Shown one piece after another: positions 1 through 15,399 of a stretch of 64,000 nucleotides of DNA (the stretch's first letter is position 1; each line of letters starts with the position of its first letter). The stretch spans positions 7,750,001-7,814,000 of the forward strand of contig OZ024740.1 in NCBI GenBank assembly GCA_964016885.1, given 5' to 3'. Origin of the DNA: Eledone cirrhosa. Lineage: Eukaryota. Made by a program: the position numbers and the translations under genes. A model generated the notes under the pieces. That model was not told where the DNA came from and searched no databases. It saw nothing but the letters and a program-made list of their open reading frames with translations.

Positions 1-3000
1 GTTTCGATTGGTATGTCAGTTTCTATTGGTATATTAGTTTCTATTGGTATGTCAGTTTCGATTGGTATGTCAGTTCCGATTTGTATGTCAATTTCTATTG
101 GTATATCAGTTTCGATTGGTATGTCAGTTTCTATTGGTATATCAGTTTCTATTCGTATGTCAGTTTCGATAGGTATGTCAGTTTCTATTGGTATATCAGT
201 TTCGATTGGTATGTCAGTTTCGATTAGTATATCACTTTCTATTGGTATGTCAGTTTCGATTGGTATGCCAGATTCTATTGGTATATCAGTTTTGATTGGT
301 ATATCAGTTTCGATTGGTATATCAGTTTCTATTGGTATGTCAGTTTCTATTGGTATATCAGTTTCTATTCGTATGTCAGTTTCGATAGGTATGTCAGTTT
401 CTATTGGTATATCAGTTTCGATTGGTATGTCAGTTTCGATTAGTATATCAGTTTCTATTGGTATATTAGTTTCGATTGGTATGTCAGATTGTATTGGTAT
501 ATCACTTCTGATTGGTATATCAGTTTCGATTGGTATATCAGTTTCTATTGGTACGTCAGTTTCGATAGGTATGTCAGTTTCTATTGGTATGTCAGTTTCG
601 ATTGGTATGTCAGTTTCGATTGGTATATCAGTTTCTATTGGTATGACAGTTTCGATTAGTATATCAGTTTCGAATAGTATGTCAGTTTCGATTGATAAGT
701 CAGTTTCGATTGGTATGTCAGTTTCGTTTGGTATGTCAATTTCGATTGGTATATCAATTTTGATTAGTATGTCAGTTTCTATTGGTATATCAGTTTCGAT
801 TGGTATATCAGTTTCGATTGGTATGTCAGTTTCGATTGGTATATCAGTTTCCATTGGTATGTCAGTTTCGATTGGTATATCAGTTTCGATTGGTATGTCA
901 GTTTCGATTGGTATATCAGTTTCTACTGGTATATCAGTTTCGATTGGTATGTCAGATTCTATTGGTATATCAGTTTTGATTGGTATATCAGTTTCCATTG
1001 GTATATCAGTTTCGATTGGTATGTCAGTTTCGATTGGTATATCAGTTTCTATTGGTATGTCAATTTCGATAGGTATATCAGTTTCTATTGGTATATAAGT
1101 TTCGATTGGTATGTCAGTTTCTATTGGTTTGTCAGTTCTGATTATTATATCAGTGACTATTTGTATGTCAGTTTCGATTGGTATGTCAGTTTCGATTGGT
1201 ATATCAGTTTCTATTGGTATGACAGTTTCGATTGGTATATCAGTTTCGATTGGTATGTCAGTTTCGATTGGTATGTCAGTTTCGATTGGTATGTCAGTTT
1301 CGATTGGTATGTCAATTTCGATTGGTATATCAATTTTGATTAGTATGTCAGTTTCTATTGGTATGACAGTTTCGATTGATATATCAGTTTCGACTGGTAT
1401 GTCAGTTTGGAATGGTATGTCAGTTTCGATTGGTATGTCAGATTCTATTGGTATATCATTTTCGATTGGTATATCAGTTTCGATTGGTATATCAGTTTCT
1501 ATTGGTATACCAGTTTCTATTGGTATGTCAGTCTCGATTGGTATATCAGTTTCGATTGGTATGTCAGTTTCTATTGGTATGTCAGTTTCGTTTGGTATGT
1601 CAATTTCGATTGGTATATCAATTTTGATTAGTATGTCAGTTTCTATTGGTATATCAGTTTCGATTGGTATATCAGTTTCGATTGGTATGTCAGTTTCGAT
1701 GGGTATGTCAATTTCGATTGGTATGTCAATTTTGATTAGTATGTCAGTTTCAATTGGTATATCAGTTTCGATTGGTATGTCAGTTTAGATTGGTATATCA
1801 GTTTAGATTGGTATGTCAGTTTCGATTAGTATAGCAGTTTCTATTGGTATGTCAGTTTCGATTGGTATGTCACATTCTATTGGTATATCAGTTTTGATTG
1901 GTATATCAGTTTCGATTGGTATGTCAGTTTTGACTGGTATATCAGTTTCGATTAGATTGTCAGTTTTGATTGGTATCTCTGTTTCGATTGGTATATCAGT
2001 TTCGATTGGTATGTCAGTTTTGATTTGTATATCAGTTTCTATTCCTATATCAGTTTCTGTTTGTATGTCAGTTTCGATTTGTATGTCAGTTTCTATTGGT
2101 ATATCAGTTTCAATTGGTACGTCAGTTTCGATTAATATATCAGTTCCCATAGGTATGTCAGTTTCTATTGGTATATCAGTTTTGATTGGTATATCAGTTT
2201 CGATTGGTATGTCAGTTTCGTTTATTATATCAGTTAATATTGGTATGTCAGTTTCGATTGGAATGTCAGTTTCGATTGGTATGTCAGTTTCTATTGGTAT
2301 ATCTGTTTCGATTGATATGTCTGTTTCGATTAGTATATCAGTTTCTATAGGTATGTCAGTTTCTATTGGTATATCAGTTTGGATTGTAATGTCAGTTTCG
2401 ATTGGTATATCAGTTTCGATTGTTATATCAGTTTCGATTGGTATATCAGTTTCGATTGGTATATCAGTTTCTATTGGTATGTCAGTTTTGATTGGTATAT
2501 CAGTTTCGATTAGTACGTCAGTTTCGATTGGTATGTGTTTTTCGATTGCTATATCAGTTTCGATACGTATGTCAGTTTTGATTGGTATGTTAGCTTCGAT
2601 TGGTATATCAGTTTCTATTCCTATATCAGTTTCTGTTGGTATGTCAGTTTCGATTGGTATGTCAGTTTCTATTGGTATATCAGTTTCGATTGGTATGTAA
2701 GTTTCTATTGGTATGTCACTTTCGATTTTTTAATCAGTTACTATTGGTATGTCAGTTTCGATTGGAATGTCAGCTTCGATTGGTATGTCAGTTTCGTTTG
2801 GTATGTCAATTTCGATTGGTATATCAATTTTGATTAGTATGTCAGTTTCTATTGGTATATCAGTTTCGATTGGTATATCAGTTTCGATTGGTATGTCAGT
2901 TTCGATGGGTATGTCAATTTTGATTAGTATGTCAGTTTCTATTGGTATATCAGTTTCGATTGGTATGTCAGTTTAGATTGGTATATCAGTTTCGATTGGT

Positions 3001-6000
3001 ATGTCAGTTTCGATTATTATAGCAGTTTCTATTGGTATGTCAGTTTCGATTGGTATGTCACATTCTATTGGTATATCAGTTTTGATTGGTATATCAGTTT
3101 CGATTGGTATATCAGTTTCGATTGGTATTTCAGTTTCGATTGGTATGTCAGTTTCTATTGGTATATTAGTTTCTATTGGTATGTCAGTTTCGATTGGTAT
3201 GTCAGTTCCGATTTGTATGTCAATTTCGATTGGTATATCAGTTTCTATTGGTATGTCAGTTTCTATTGGTATATCAGTTTCTATTCGTATGTCAGTTTCG
3301 ATAGGTATGTCAGTTTCTATTGGTATATCAGTTTCGATTGGTATGTCAGTTTCGATTAGTATATCACTTTCTATTGGTATGTCAGTTTCGATTGGTATGC
3401 CAGATTCTATTGGTATATCAGTTTTGATTGGTATATCAGTTTCGATTGGTATATCAGTTTCTATTGGTATGTCAGTTTCTATTGGTATATCAGTTTCTAT
3501 TCGTATGTCAGTTTCGATAGGTATGTCAGTTTCTATTGGTATATCAGTTTCGATTGGTATGTCAGTTTCGATTAGTATATCAGTTTCTATTGGTATATTA
3601 GTTTCGATTGGTATGTCAGATTGTATTGGTATATCAGTTCTGATTGGTATATCAGTTTCGATTGGTATATCAGTTTCTATTGGTACGTCAGTTTTGATAG
3701 GTATGTCAGTTTCTATTGGTATGTCAGTTTCGATTGGTATGTCAGTTTCGATTGGTATATCAGTTTCTATTGGTATGACAGTTTCGATTAGTATATCAGT
3801 TTCGAATAGTATGTCAGTTTCGATTGATATGTCAGTTTCGATTGGTATGTCAGTTTCGTTTGGTATGTCAATTTCGATTGGTATATCAATTTTGATTAGT
3901 ATGTCAGTTTCTATTGGTATATCAGTTTCGATTGGTATATCAGTTTCGATTGGTATGTCAGTTTCGATTGGTATATCAGTTTCGATTGGTATGTCAGTTT
4001 CGATTGGTATATCAGTTTCCATTGGTATGTCAGTTTCGATTGGTATATCAGTTTCGATTGGTATGTCAGTTTCGATTGGTATATCAGTTTCTACTGGTAT
4101 ATCAGTTTCGATTGGTATGTCAGATTCTATTGGTATATCAGTTTTGATTGGTATATCAGTTTCGATTGGTATATCAGTTTCGATTGGTATGTCAGTTTCG
4201 ATTGGTATATCAGTTTGTATTGGTATGTCAATTTCGATAGGTATATCAGTTTCTATTGGTATATAAGTTTCGATTGGTATGTCAGTTTCTATTGGTTTGT
4301 CAGTTCTGATTATTATATCAGTGACTATTTGTATGTCAGTTTCGATTGGTATGTCAGTTTCGATTGGTATATCAGTTTCTATTCGTATGACAGTTTCGAT
4401 TGGTATATCAGTTTCGATTGGTATGTCAGTTTCGATTGGTATGTCAGTTTCGATTGGTATGTCAGTTTCGATTGGTATGTCAATTTCGATTGGTATATCA
4501 ATTTTGATTAGTATGTCAGTTTCTATTGGTATGACAGTTTCGATTGATATATCAGTTTCGATTGGTATGTCAGTTTGGAATGGTATGTCAGTTTCGATTG
4601 GTATGTCAGATACTATTGGTATATTATTTTCGATTGGTATATCAGTTTCGATTGGTATATCAGTTTCTATTGGTATATCAGTTTCTATTGGTATGTCAGT
4701 CTCGATTGGTATATCAGTTTCGATTGGTATGTCAGTTTCTATTGGTATGTCAGTTTCGATTGGTATGTCAGTTTCGTTTGGTATGTCAATTTCGATTGGT
4801 ATATCAATTTTGATTAGTATGTCAGTTTCTATTGGTATATCAGTTTCGATTGGTATATCAGTTTCGATTGGTATGTCAGTTTCGATGGGTATGTCAATTT
4901 CGATTGGTATGTCAATTTTGATTAGTATGTCAGTTTCAATTGGTATATCAGTTTCGATTGGTATGTCAGTTTAGATTGGTATATCAGTTTCGATTGGTAT
5001 GTCAGTTTCGATTAGTATAGCAGTTTCTATTGGTATGTCAGTTTCGATTGGTATGTCACATTCTATTGGTATATCAGTTTTGATTGGTATATCAGTTTCG
5101 ATTGGTATGTCAGTTTTGACTGGTATATCAGTTTCGATTAGATTGTCAGTTTTGATTGGTATCTCAGTTTCGATTGGTATATCAGTTTCGATTGGTATGT
5201 CACATTCTACTGGTATATCAGTTTTGATTAGTATATCAGTTTCGATTGGTATGTCAGTTTTGACTGGTATATCAGTTTCGATTAGATTGTCAGTTTTGAT
5301 TGGTATCTCAGTTTCGATTGGTATATCAGTTTCGATTTGAATATCAGTTTCTATTCCTATATCAGTTTCTGTTTGTATGTCAGTTTCGATTTGTATGTCA
5401 GTTTCTATTGGTATATCAGTTTCAATTGGTACGTCAGTTTCGATTAATATATCAGTTCCCATAGGTATGTCAGTTTCTATTGGTATATCAGTTTTGATTG
5501 GTATATCAGTTTCGATTGGTATGTCAGTTTCGTTTATTATATCAGTTAATATTGGTATGTCAGTTTCGATTGGAATGTCAGTTTCGATTGGTATGTCAGT
5601 TTCTATTGGTATATCTGTTTCGATTGATATGTCTGTTTCGATTAGTATATCAGTTTCTATAGGTATGTCAGTTTCTATTGGTATATCAGTTTGGATTGTA
5701 TTGTCAGTTTCGATTGGTATATCAGTTTCGATTGTTATATCAGTTTCGATTTGTATATCAGTTTCGATTGGTATATCAGTTTCGATTGGTATATCAGTTT
5801 CGATTGGTATGTCAGTTTCGATGGGTATGTCAATTTCGATTGGTATGTCAATTTTGATTAGTATGTCAGTTTCAATTGGTATATCAGTTTCGATTGGTAT
5901 GTCAGTTTAGATTGGTATATCAGTTTCGATTGGTATGTCAGTTTCGATTAGTATAGCAGTTTCTATTGGTATGTCAGTTTCGATTGGTATGTCACATTCT

Positions 6001-9000
6001 ATTGGTATATCAGTTTTGATTGGTATATCAGTTTCGATTGGTATGTCAGTTTTGACTGGTATATCAGTTTCGATTAGATTGTCAGTTTTGATTGGTATCT
6101 CAGTTTCGATTGGTATATCAGTTTCGATTGGTATGTCACATTCTACTGGTATATCAGTTTTGATTAGTATATCAGTTTCGATTGGTATGTCAGTTTTGAC
6201 TGGTATATCAGTTTCGATTAGATTGTCAGTTTTGATTGGTATCTCAGTTTCTGTTTGTATGTCAGTTTCGATTTGTATGTCAGTTTCTATTGGTATATCA
6301 GTTTCAATTGGTACGTCAGTTTCGATTAATATATCAGTTCCCATAGGTATGTCAGTTTCTATTGGTATATCAGTTTTGATTGGTATATCAGTTTCGATTG
6401 GTATGTCAGTTTCGTTTATTATATCAGTTAATATTGGTATGTCAGTTTCGATTGGAATGTCAGTTTCGATTGGTATGTCAGTTTCTATTGGTATATCTGT
6501 TTCGATTGATATGTCTGTTTCGATTAGTATATCAGTTTCTATAGGTATGTCAGTTTCTATTGGTATAGCAGTTTGGATTGTATTGTCAGTTTCGATTGGT
6601 ATATCAGTTTCGATTGTTATATCAGTTTCGATTTGTATATCAGTTTCGATTGGTATATCAGTTTCTATTGGTATGTCAGTTTTGATTGGTATATCAGTTT
6701 CGATTAGTACGTCAGTTTCGATTGGTATGTGTTTTTCGATTGGTATGTCAGTTTCTATTGGTATATCAGTTTCGATTGGTATATCAGTTTCGATTGGTAT
6801 GTCAGTTTCGATTGGTATATCAGTTTCCATTGGTATGTCAGTTTCTATTGGTATATCAGTTTCTACTGGTATATCAGTTTCGATTGGTATGTCAGATTCT
6901 ATTGGTATATCAGTTTTGATTGGTATATCAGTTTCGATTGGTATATCAGTTTCGATTGGTATGTCAGTTTCGATTGGTATATCAGTTTCTATTGGTATGT
7001 CAATTTCGATAGGTATATCAGTTTCTATTGGTATATAAGTTTCGATTGGTATGTCAGTTTCTATTGGTTTGTCAGTTCTGATTATTATATCAGTGACTAT
7101 TTGTATGTCAGTTTCGATTGGTATGTCAGTTTCGATTGGTATATCACTTTCTATTGGTATGACAGTTTCGATTGGTATATCAGTTTCGATTGGTATGTCA
7201 GTTTCGATTGGTATGTCAGTTTCGATTGGTATGTCAGTTTCGATTGGTATGTCAATTTCGATTGGTATATCAATTTTGATTAGTATGTCAGTTTCTATTG
7301 GTATGACAGTTTCGATTGATATATCAGTTTCGATTGGTATGTCAGTTTGGAATGGTATGTCAGTTTCGATTGGTATGTCAGATTCTATTGTATATCATTT
7401 TCGATTGGTATATCAGTTTCGATTGGTATATCAGTTTCTATTGGTATATCAGTTTCTATTGGTATGTCAGTCTCGATTGGTATATCAGTTTCGATTGGTA
7501 TGTCAGTTTCTATTGGTATGTCAGTTTCGATTGGTATGTCAGTTTCGTTTGGTATGTCAATTTCGATTGGTATATCAATTTTGATTAGTATGTCAGTTTC
7601 TATTGGTATATCAGTTTCGATTGGTATATCAGTTTCGATTGGTATGTTAGTTTCGATGGGTATGTCAATTTCGATTGGTATGTCAATTTTGATTAGTATG
7701 TCAGTTTCAATTGGTATATCAGTTTCGATTGGTATGTCAGTTTAGATTGGTATATCAGTTTCGATTGGTATGTCAGTTTCGATTATTATAGCAGTTTCTA
7801 TTGGTATGTCAGTATCGATTGGTATGTCACATTCTATTGGTATATCAGTTTTGATTGGTATATCAGTTTCGATTGGTATATCAGTTTCGATTGGTATTTC
7901 AGTTTCGATTGGTATGTCAGTTTCTATTGGTATATTAGTTTCTATTGGTATGTCAGTTTCGATTGGTATGTCAGTTCCGATTTGTATGTCAATTTCTATT
8001 GGTATATCAGTTTCGATTGGTATGTCAGTTTCTATTGGTATATCAGTTTCTATTCGTATGTCAGTTTCGATAGGTATGTCAGTTTCTATTGGTATATCAG
8101 TTTCGATTGGTATGTCAGTTTCGATTAGTATATCACTTTCTATTGGTATGTCAGTTTCGATTGGTATGCCAGATTCTATTGGTATATCAGTTTTGATTGG
8201 TATATCAGTTTTGATTGGTATATCAGTTTCTATTGGTATGTCAGTTTCTATTGGTATATCAGTTTCTATTCGTATGTCAGTTTCGATAGGTATGTCAGTT
8301 TCTATTGGTATATCAGTTTCGATTGGTATGTCAGTTTCGATTAGTATATCAGTTTCTATTGGTATATTAGTTTCGATTGGTATGTCAGATTGTATTGGTA
8401 TATCACTTCTGATTGGTATATCAGTTTCGATTGGTATATCAGTTTCTATTGGTACGTCAGTTTCGATATGTATGTCAGTTTCTATTGGTATGTCAGTTTC
8501 GATTGGTATGTCAGTTTCGATTGGTATATCAGTTTCTATTGGTATGACAGTTTCGATTAGTATATCAGTTTCGAATAGTATGTCAGTTTCGATTGATAAG
8601 TCAGTTTCGATTGGTATGTCAGTTTCGTTTGGTATGTCAATTTCGATTGGTATATCAATTTTGATTAGTATGTCAGTTTCTATTGGTATATCAGTTTCGA
8701 TTGGTATATCAGTTTCGATTGGTATGTCAGTTTCGATTGGTATATCAGTTTCCATTGGTATGTCAGTTTCGATTGGTATATCAGTTTCGATTGGTATGTC
8801 AGTTTCGATTGGTATATCAGTTTCTACTGGTATATCAGTTTCGATTGGTATGTCAGATTCTATTGGTATATCAGTTTTGATTGGTATATCAGTTTCCATT
8901 GGTATATCAGTTTCGATTGGTATGTCAGTTTCGATTGGTATATCAGTTTCTATTGGTATGTTAATTTCGATAGGTATATCAGTTACTATTGGTATATAAG

Positions 9001-12000
9001 TTTCGATTGGTATGTCAGTTTCTATTGGTTTGTCAGTTCTGATTATTATATCAGTGACTATTTGTATGTCAGTTTCGATTGGTATGTCAGTTTCGATTGG
9101 TATATCAGTTTCTATTGGTATGACAGTTTCGATTGGTATATCAGTTTCGATTGGTATGTCAGTTTCGATTGGTATGTCAGTTTCGATTGGTATGTCAGTT
9201 TCGATTGGTATGTCAATTTCGATTGGTATATCAATTTTGATTAGTATGTCAGTTTCTATTGGTATGACAGTTTCGATTGATATATCAGTTTCGATTGGTA
9301 TGTCAGTTTGGAATGGTATGTCAGTTTCGATTGGTATGTCAGATTCTATTGGTATATCATTTTCGATTGGTATATCAGTTTCGATTGGTATATCAGTTTC
9401 TATTGGTATACCAGTTTCTATTGGTATGTCAGTCTCGATTGGTATATCAGTTTCGATTGGTATGTCAGTTTCTATTGGTATGTCAGTTTCGTTTGGTATG
9501 TCAATTTCGATTGGTATATCAATTTTGATTAGTATGTCAGTTTCTATTGGTATATCAGTTTCGATTGGTATATCAGTTTCGATTGGTATGTCAGTTTCGA
9601 TGGGTATGTCAATTTCGATTGGTATGTCAATTTTGATTAGTATGTCAGTTTCAATTGGTATATCAGTTTCGATTGGTATGTCAGTTTAGATTGGTATATC
9701 AGTTTAGATTGGTATGTCAGTTTCGATTAGTATAGCAGTTTCTATTGGTATGTCAGTTTCGATTGGTATGTCACATTCTATTGGTATATCAGTTTTGATT
9801 GGTATATCAGTTTCGATTGGTATGTCAGTTTTGACTGGTATATCAGTTTCGATTAGATTGTCAGTTTTGATTGGTATCTCAGTTTCGATTGGTATATCAG
9901 TTTCGATTGGTATGTCAGTTTTGATTTGTATATCAGTTTCTATTCCTATATCAGTTTCTGTTTGTATGTCAGTTTCGATTTGTATGTCAGTTTCTATTGG
10001 TATATCAGTTTCAATTGGTACGTCAGTTTCGATTAATATATCAGTTCCCATAGGTATGTCAGTTTCTATTGGTATATCAGTTTTGATTGGTATATCAGTT
10101 TCGATTGGTATGTCAGTTTCGTTTATTATATCAGTTAATATTGGTATGTCAGTTTCGATTGGAATGTCAGTTTCGATTGGTATGTCAGTTTCTATTGGTA
10201 TATCTGTTTCGATTGATATGTCTGTTTCGATTAGTATATCAGTTTCTATAGGTATGTCAGTTTCTATTGGTATATCAGTTTGGATTGTATTGTCAGTTTC
10301 GATTGGTATATCAGTTTCCATTGTTATATCAGTTTCGATTGGTATATCAGTTTCGATTGGTATATCAGTTTCTATTGGTATGTCAGTTTTGATTGGTATA
10401 TCAGTTTCGATTAGTACGTCAGTTTCGATTGGTATGTGTTTTTCGATTGCTATATCAGTTTCGATACGTATGTCAGTTTTGATTGGTATGTTAGCTTCGA
10501 TTGGTATATCAGTTTCTATTCCTATATCAGTTTCTGTTGGTATGTCAGTTTCGATTGGTATGTCAGTTTCTATTGGTATATCAGTTTCGATTGGTATGTA
10601 AGTTTCTATTGGTATGTCACTTTCGATTTTTTAATCAGTTACTATTGGTATGTCAGTTTCGATTGGAATGTCAGCTTCGATTGGTATGTCAGTTTCGTTT
10701 GGTATGTCAATTTCGATTGGTATATCAATTTTGATTAGTATGTCAGTTTCTATTGGTATATCAGTTTCGATTGGTATATCAGTTTCGATTGGTATGTCAG
10801 TTTCGATGGGTATGTCAATTTCGATTGGTATGTCAATTTTGATTAGTATGTCAGTTTCTATTGGTATATCAGTTTCGATTGGTATGTCAGTTTAGATTGG
10901 TATATCAGTTTCGATTGGTATGTCAGTTTCGATTATTATAGCAGTTTCTATTGGTATGTCAGTTTCGATTGGTATGTCAAATTCTATTGGTATATCAGTT
11001 TTGATTGGTATATCAGTTTCGATTGGTATATCAGTTTCGATTGGTATTTCAGTTTCGATTGGTATGTCAGTTTCTATTGGTATATTAGTTTCTATTGGTA
11101 TGTCAGTTTCGATTGGTATGTCAGTTCCGATTTGTATGTCAATTTCGATTGGTATATCAGTTTCTATTGGTATGTCAGTTTCTATTGGTATATCAGTTTC
11201 TATTCGTATGTCAGTTTCGATAGGTATGTCAGTTTCTATTGGTATATCAGTTTCGATTGGTATGTCAGTTTCGATTAGTATATCACTTTCTATTGGTATG
11301 TCAGTTTCGATTGGTATGCCAGATTCTATTGGTATATCAGTTTTGATTGGTATATCAGTTTCGATTGGTATATCAGTTTCTATTGGTATGTCAGTTTCTA
11401 TTGGTATATCAGTTTCTATTCGTATGTCAGTTTCGATAGGTATGTCAGTTTCTATTGGTATATCAGTTTCGATTGGTATGTCAGTTTCGATTAGTATATC
11501 AGTTTCTATTGGTATATTAGTTTCGATTGGTATGTCAGATTGTATTGGTATATCAGTTCTGATTGGTATATCAGTTTCGATTGGTATATCAGTTTCTATT
11601 GGTACGTCAGTTTTGATAGGTATGTCAGTTTCTATTGGTATGTCAGTTTCGATTGGTATGTCAGTTTCGATTGGTATATCAGTTTCTATTGGTATGACAG
11701 TTTCGATTAGTATATCAGTTTCGAATAGTATGTCAGTTTCGATTGATATGTCAGTTTCGATTGGAATGTCAGTTTCGTTTGGTATGTCAATTTCGATTGG
11801 TATATCAATTTTGATTAGTATGTCAGTTTCTATTGGTATATCAGTTTCGATTGGTATATCAGTTTCGATTGGTATGTCAGTTTCGATTGGTATATCAGTT
11901 TCGATTGGTATGTCAGTTTCGATTGGTATATCAGTTTCCATTGGTATGTCAGTTTCGATTGGTATATCAGTTTCGATTGGTATGTCAGTTTCGATTGGTA

Positions 12001-12130
12001 TATCAGTTTCTACTGGTATATCAGTTTCGATTGGTATGTCAGATTCTATTGGTATATCAGTTTTGATTGGTATATCAGTTTCGATTGGTATATCAGTTTC
12101 GATTGGTATGTCAGTTTCGATTGGTATATC
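1..12130 (+). repeat. A-type domain; ~7.9-kb higher-order duplication (1 to ~4200 recurs at ~7902-12130)
   Basis: Matching variant blocks at offset 7901 (ORFs 1111/9012, 1813/9714, 2749/10650), shifting to 7919 after a one-monomer gain (3001/10920). 7901 = 439x18-1, which fits the single 1-bp deletion near 7390. Confidence 0.88.
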
Positions 12131-15100
12131 AGTTTCTATTGGTATGACAGTTTTGATTGGTATATCAGTTTCGATTGGTATGTCAGTTTCGATTGTTATG
12201 TCAGTTTCGATTGGTATGTTAATTTCGATTGGTATATCAGTTTTGATTAGTATGTCAGTTTCTATTGGTATATCAGTTTCGATTGGTATATCAGTTTTGA
12301 CTGGTATATCAGTTTCGATTGGTATATCAGTTTCGATTGGTATATCAGTTTCGACTGGTATGTCAGTTTCGATAGGTATATCAGGTTCGATTGGTATATC
12401 AGTTTTGATTGGTATATCAGTTTCGATGGGTATATCAGTTTCCATTAGTATGTCAGTTTCTATTGGTATATCAGTTTCGATTGGTATGTTAGTTTCGATC
12501 GTTATGTCAGTTTCGATTGGTATATCAGTTTCTATTGGTATGACAGTTTCGATTGGTATATCAGTTTCGATTGGTATGTCAGTTTCGATTGTTATGTCAG
12601 TTTCGATTGGTATGTTAATTTCGATTGGTATATCAGTTTTGATTAGTATGTCAGTTTCTATTGGTATATCAGTTTCGATTGGTATATCAGTTTCAATTTG
12701 TATGTCAGTTTCTATTGGTATATCAGTTCCTGTTGGGATGTCAGTTTCGATTGGTATATCAGTTTCGATTGGTAATATCAGATCCTATTGCTATATCAGT
12801 TTCTATTGGTATATCAGTTTCGATTGGTATATCAGTTTCGATTGGTATATCAGTTTCTATTGATATATCAGTTTAGATTGGTATGTCAGTTTCGATTCGT
12901 ATGTCAGTTTCGATTGGTATATCAGTTTCGATTGGTATATCAGTTTCTATTGATATATCAGTTTTTATTGGTATATCAGTTTCGATTTGTATGTCAGTTT
13001 CGATTTGTATGTCAGTTTCTATTGTTATGTCAGTTTTGGTCAGTATATCAGTTTCTATTGGTATGTCAGTTTCGATTGCAATGTCAGTTTCAATTGGTAT
13101 ATCAGTTTCTATTGGTATATCAGTTTAGATTAGTATGTCAGTTTCGATTGGTATGTCAGTTTCGATTGGTATGTCAGTTTCTATTGGTATATCAGTTTCG
13201 ATTGATATATCAGTTTCGATTAGTATGTTAGTTTCTAATGGTATGTCAGTTTCGATTAGTATATCAGTTTCTATTGGTATGTTAGTTTGGATTGGTATGT
13301 CAGTCTGGATTGGTATATCAGTTTCGATTGTTATATCAGTTTCGATTGATATGTAAGTTTCTATTGGTATATCAGTTTCTATTGGTATGTCAGTTTCGAT
13401 TGGTATGTCAGTTTCGATTGTTATGTCAATTTCGATTGGTATATCTGTTTCGATTAGTATGTCCGTTTCTATTGGTATATCAGTTTCGATTGTTATATCT
13501 GTTTCGATTGGTATATCAGTTTCGATAGGTATGTTAGTCCTCGATTTGTATGTCAGTTTCTATTGGTATATCTGTTTCGATGGGTATGTCAGTTTCGATT
13601 GGTATGTCAGTTTCTCTTGGTATATCAGCTTGGATTGGTATATCCTTTTAGATTAGTATGTCAGTTTCTATTGGTATGTCAGTTTCGGTCACTATAACAG
13701 TTTCTATTGCTATGTCAGTTTCGATTGGTATGTCAGTTTCTATTGGTATATCAGTTTCGATTGGCAAAGCAATTCCGATTGGTATGTCAGTTTCGATAGG
13801 TATGTCAGTTTCCATTGGTATATCAGTTTCGATTGGTATGTCAGTTTCGATTGGTATATCAGTTTCGATTGGTATGTCAGTTTCTATTGGTATATTAGTT
13901 TCTATTGGTATGTCAGTTTCGATCGGTATGTCAGTTTCTATTGGTATATCAGTTTCGATTGGGATGTCAGTGTCGATTGGTATATCAGTTTCGATTGTTA
14001 TATCAGTTCCTATTGCTATATATGTTTCTATTGGTATGTCAGTTTCGATTGGTATATCAGTTTCGATTGGTATCTCAGTTTAGATTATTACATCAGTTTC
14101 TATTGGTATATCAGTTTAGATTGGTATGTCAGTTTCGATTGGTATGTCAATTTCGATTGGTATATCAGTTTCGAATAGTGCGTCAATCTCGACTGGTATG
14201 TCAGTTTCTATTGGTATATCAGCTTCGATTGGTATATCCGTTTAGATTAGTATGTCAGTTTCTATTGGTATATCAGTTTCGAATGGTATGTCAGTTTCTA
14301 TTGGTATATCAGTTTTGATTGGCAAAGCAATTCCGATTGGTATATCAGTTTCAATTGGTATGTCAGTTTCCATTGGTATATCTGTTTCGATTGGTATGTC
14401 AGTTTCTATTGGTATATTAGTTTCTATTGGTATGTTAGTTTCGATAGGTATGTCAGTTTCTATTGGTATATCAGTTTCGATTGGTATGTTAGTTTCGATC
14501 GTTATATCAGTTTCGATTGGTATATCAGTTTCTATTGGTATGACAGTTTCGATTGGTATATCAGTTTCAATTGGTATATCAGTTTCGACTGATATGTCAG
14601 TTTCGATTGGTATACCAATTTTGATTGGTATAACAGTTTCGATTGGTATATCAGTTTCCATTAGTATGTCAGTTTCTATTGGTATATCAGTTTCGATTGG
14701 TATATCAGTTTCAATTTGTATGTAAGTTTCTATTGGTATATCAGTTCCTGTTGGGATGTCAGTTTCGATTGGTATATCAGTTTCGATTGGTATATCAGAT
14801 CCTATTGCTATATCAGTTTCTATTGGTATGTCTGTTTCGATTGGTATGTAAGTGTCGATTGGTATATCAGTTTCGATTGGTATGTCAGCTTCGATTGGTA
14901 TATCAGTTTCTATTGATATATCAGTTTAGATTGGAATGTCAGTTTCGATTCGTATGTCAGTTTCTATTGGTATATCAGTTTCGATTGGTATGTCAGTTTC
15001 CATTGGTATATCAGTTTCGATTGGTATGTCAGTTTCGATTGGTATATCAGTTTCGATTGGTATGTCAGTTTCTATTGGTATATTAGTTTCTATTGGTATG

Positions 15101-15399
15101 TCAGTTTCGATAGGTATGTCAGTTTCTATTGGTATATCAGTTTCGATTGGTATGTTAGTTTCGATTGTTATGTCAGTTTCGATTGGTATATCAGTTTCTA
15201 TTGGTATGACAGTTTCGATTGGTATATCAGTTTCGATTGGTATGTCAGTTTCGATTGTTATGTCAGTTTCGATTGGTATGTTAATTTCGATTGGTATATC
15301 AGTTTTGATTAGTATGTCAGTTTCTATTGGTATATCAGTTTCGATTGGTATATCGGTTTCGACTGGTATATCAGTTTCGATTGGTATATCAGTTTTGAT

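Noticed and set aside
1-18. CENP-B-box-like TTCG, or a telomerase-type repeat, in the monomer
   Set aside because: Only TTCG matches, and the A and CGGG positions of the CENP-B box are absent. The kb-scale copying of variant patterns indicates recombinational amplification, not templated telomerase synthesis.
7385-7395. Singleton 1-bp deletions (~7390 and ~36739)
   Set aside because: Not shared with paralogous blocks, so they cannot be distinguished from sequencing or consensus errors.
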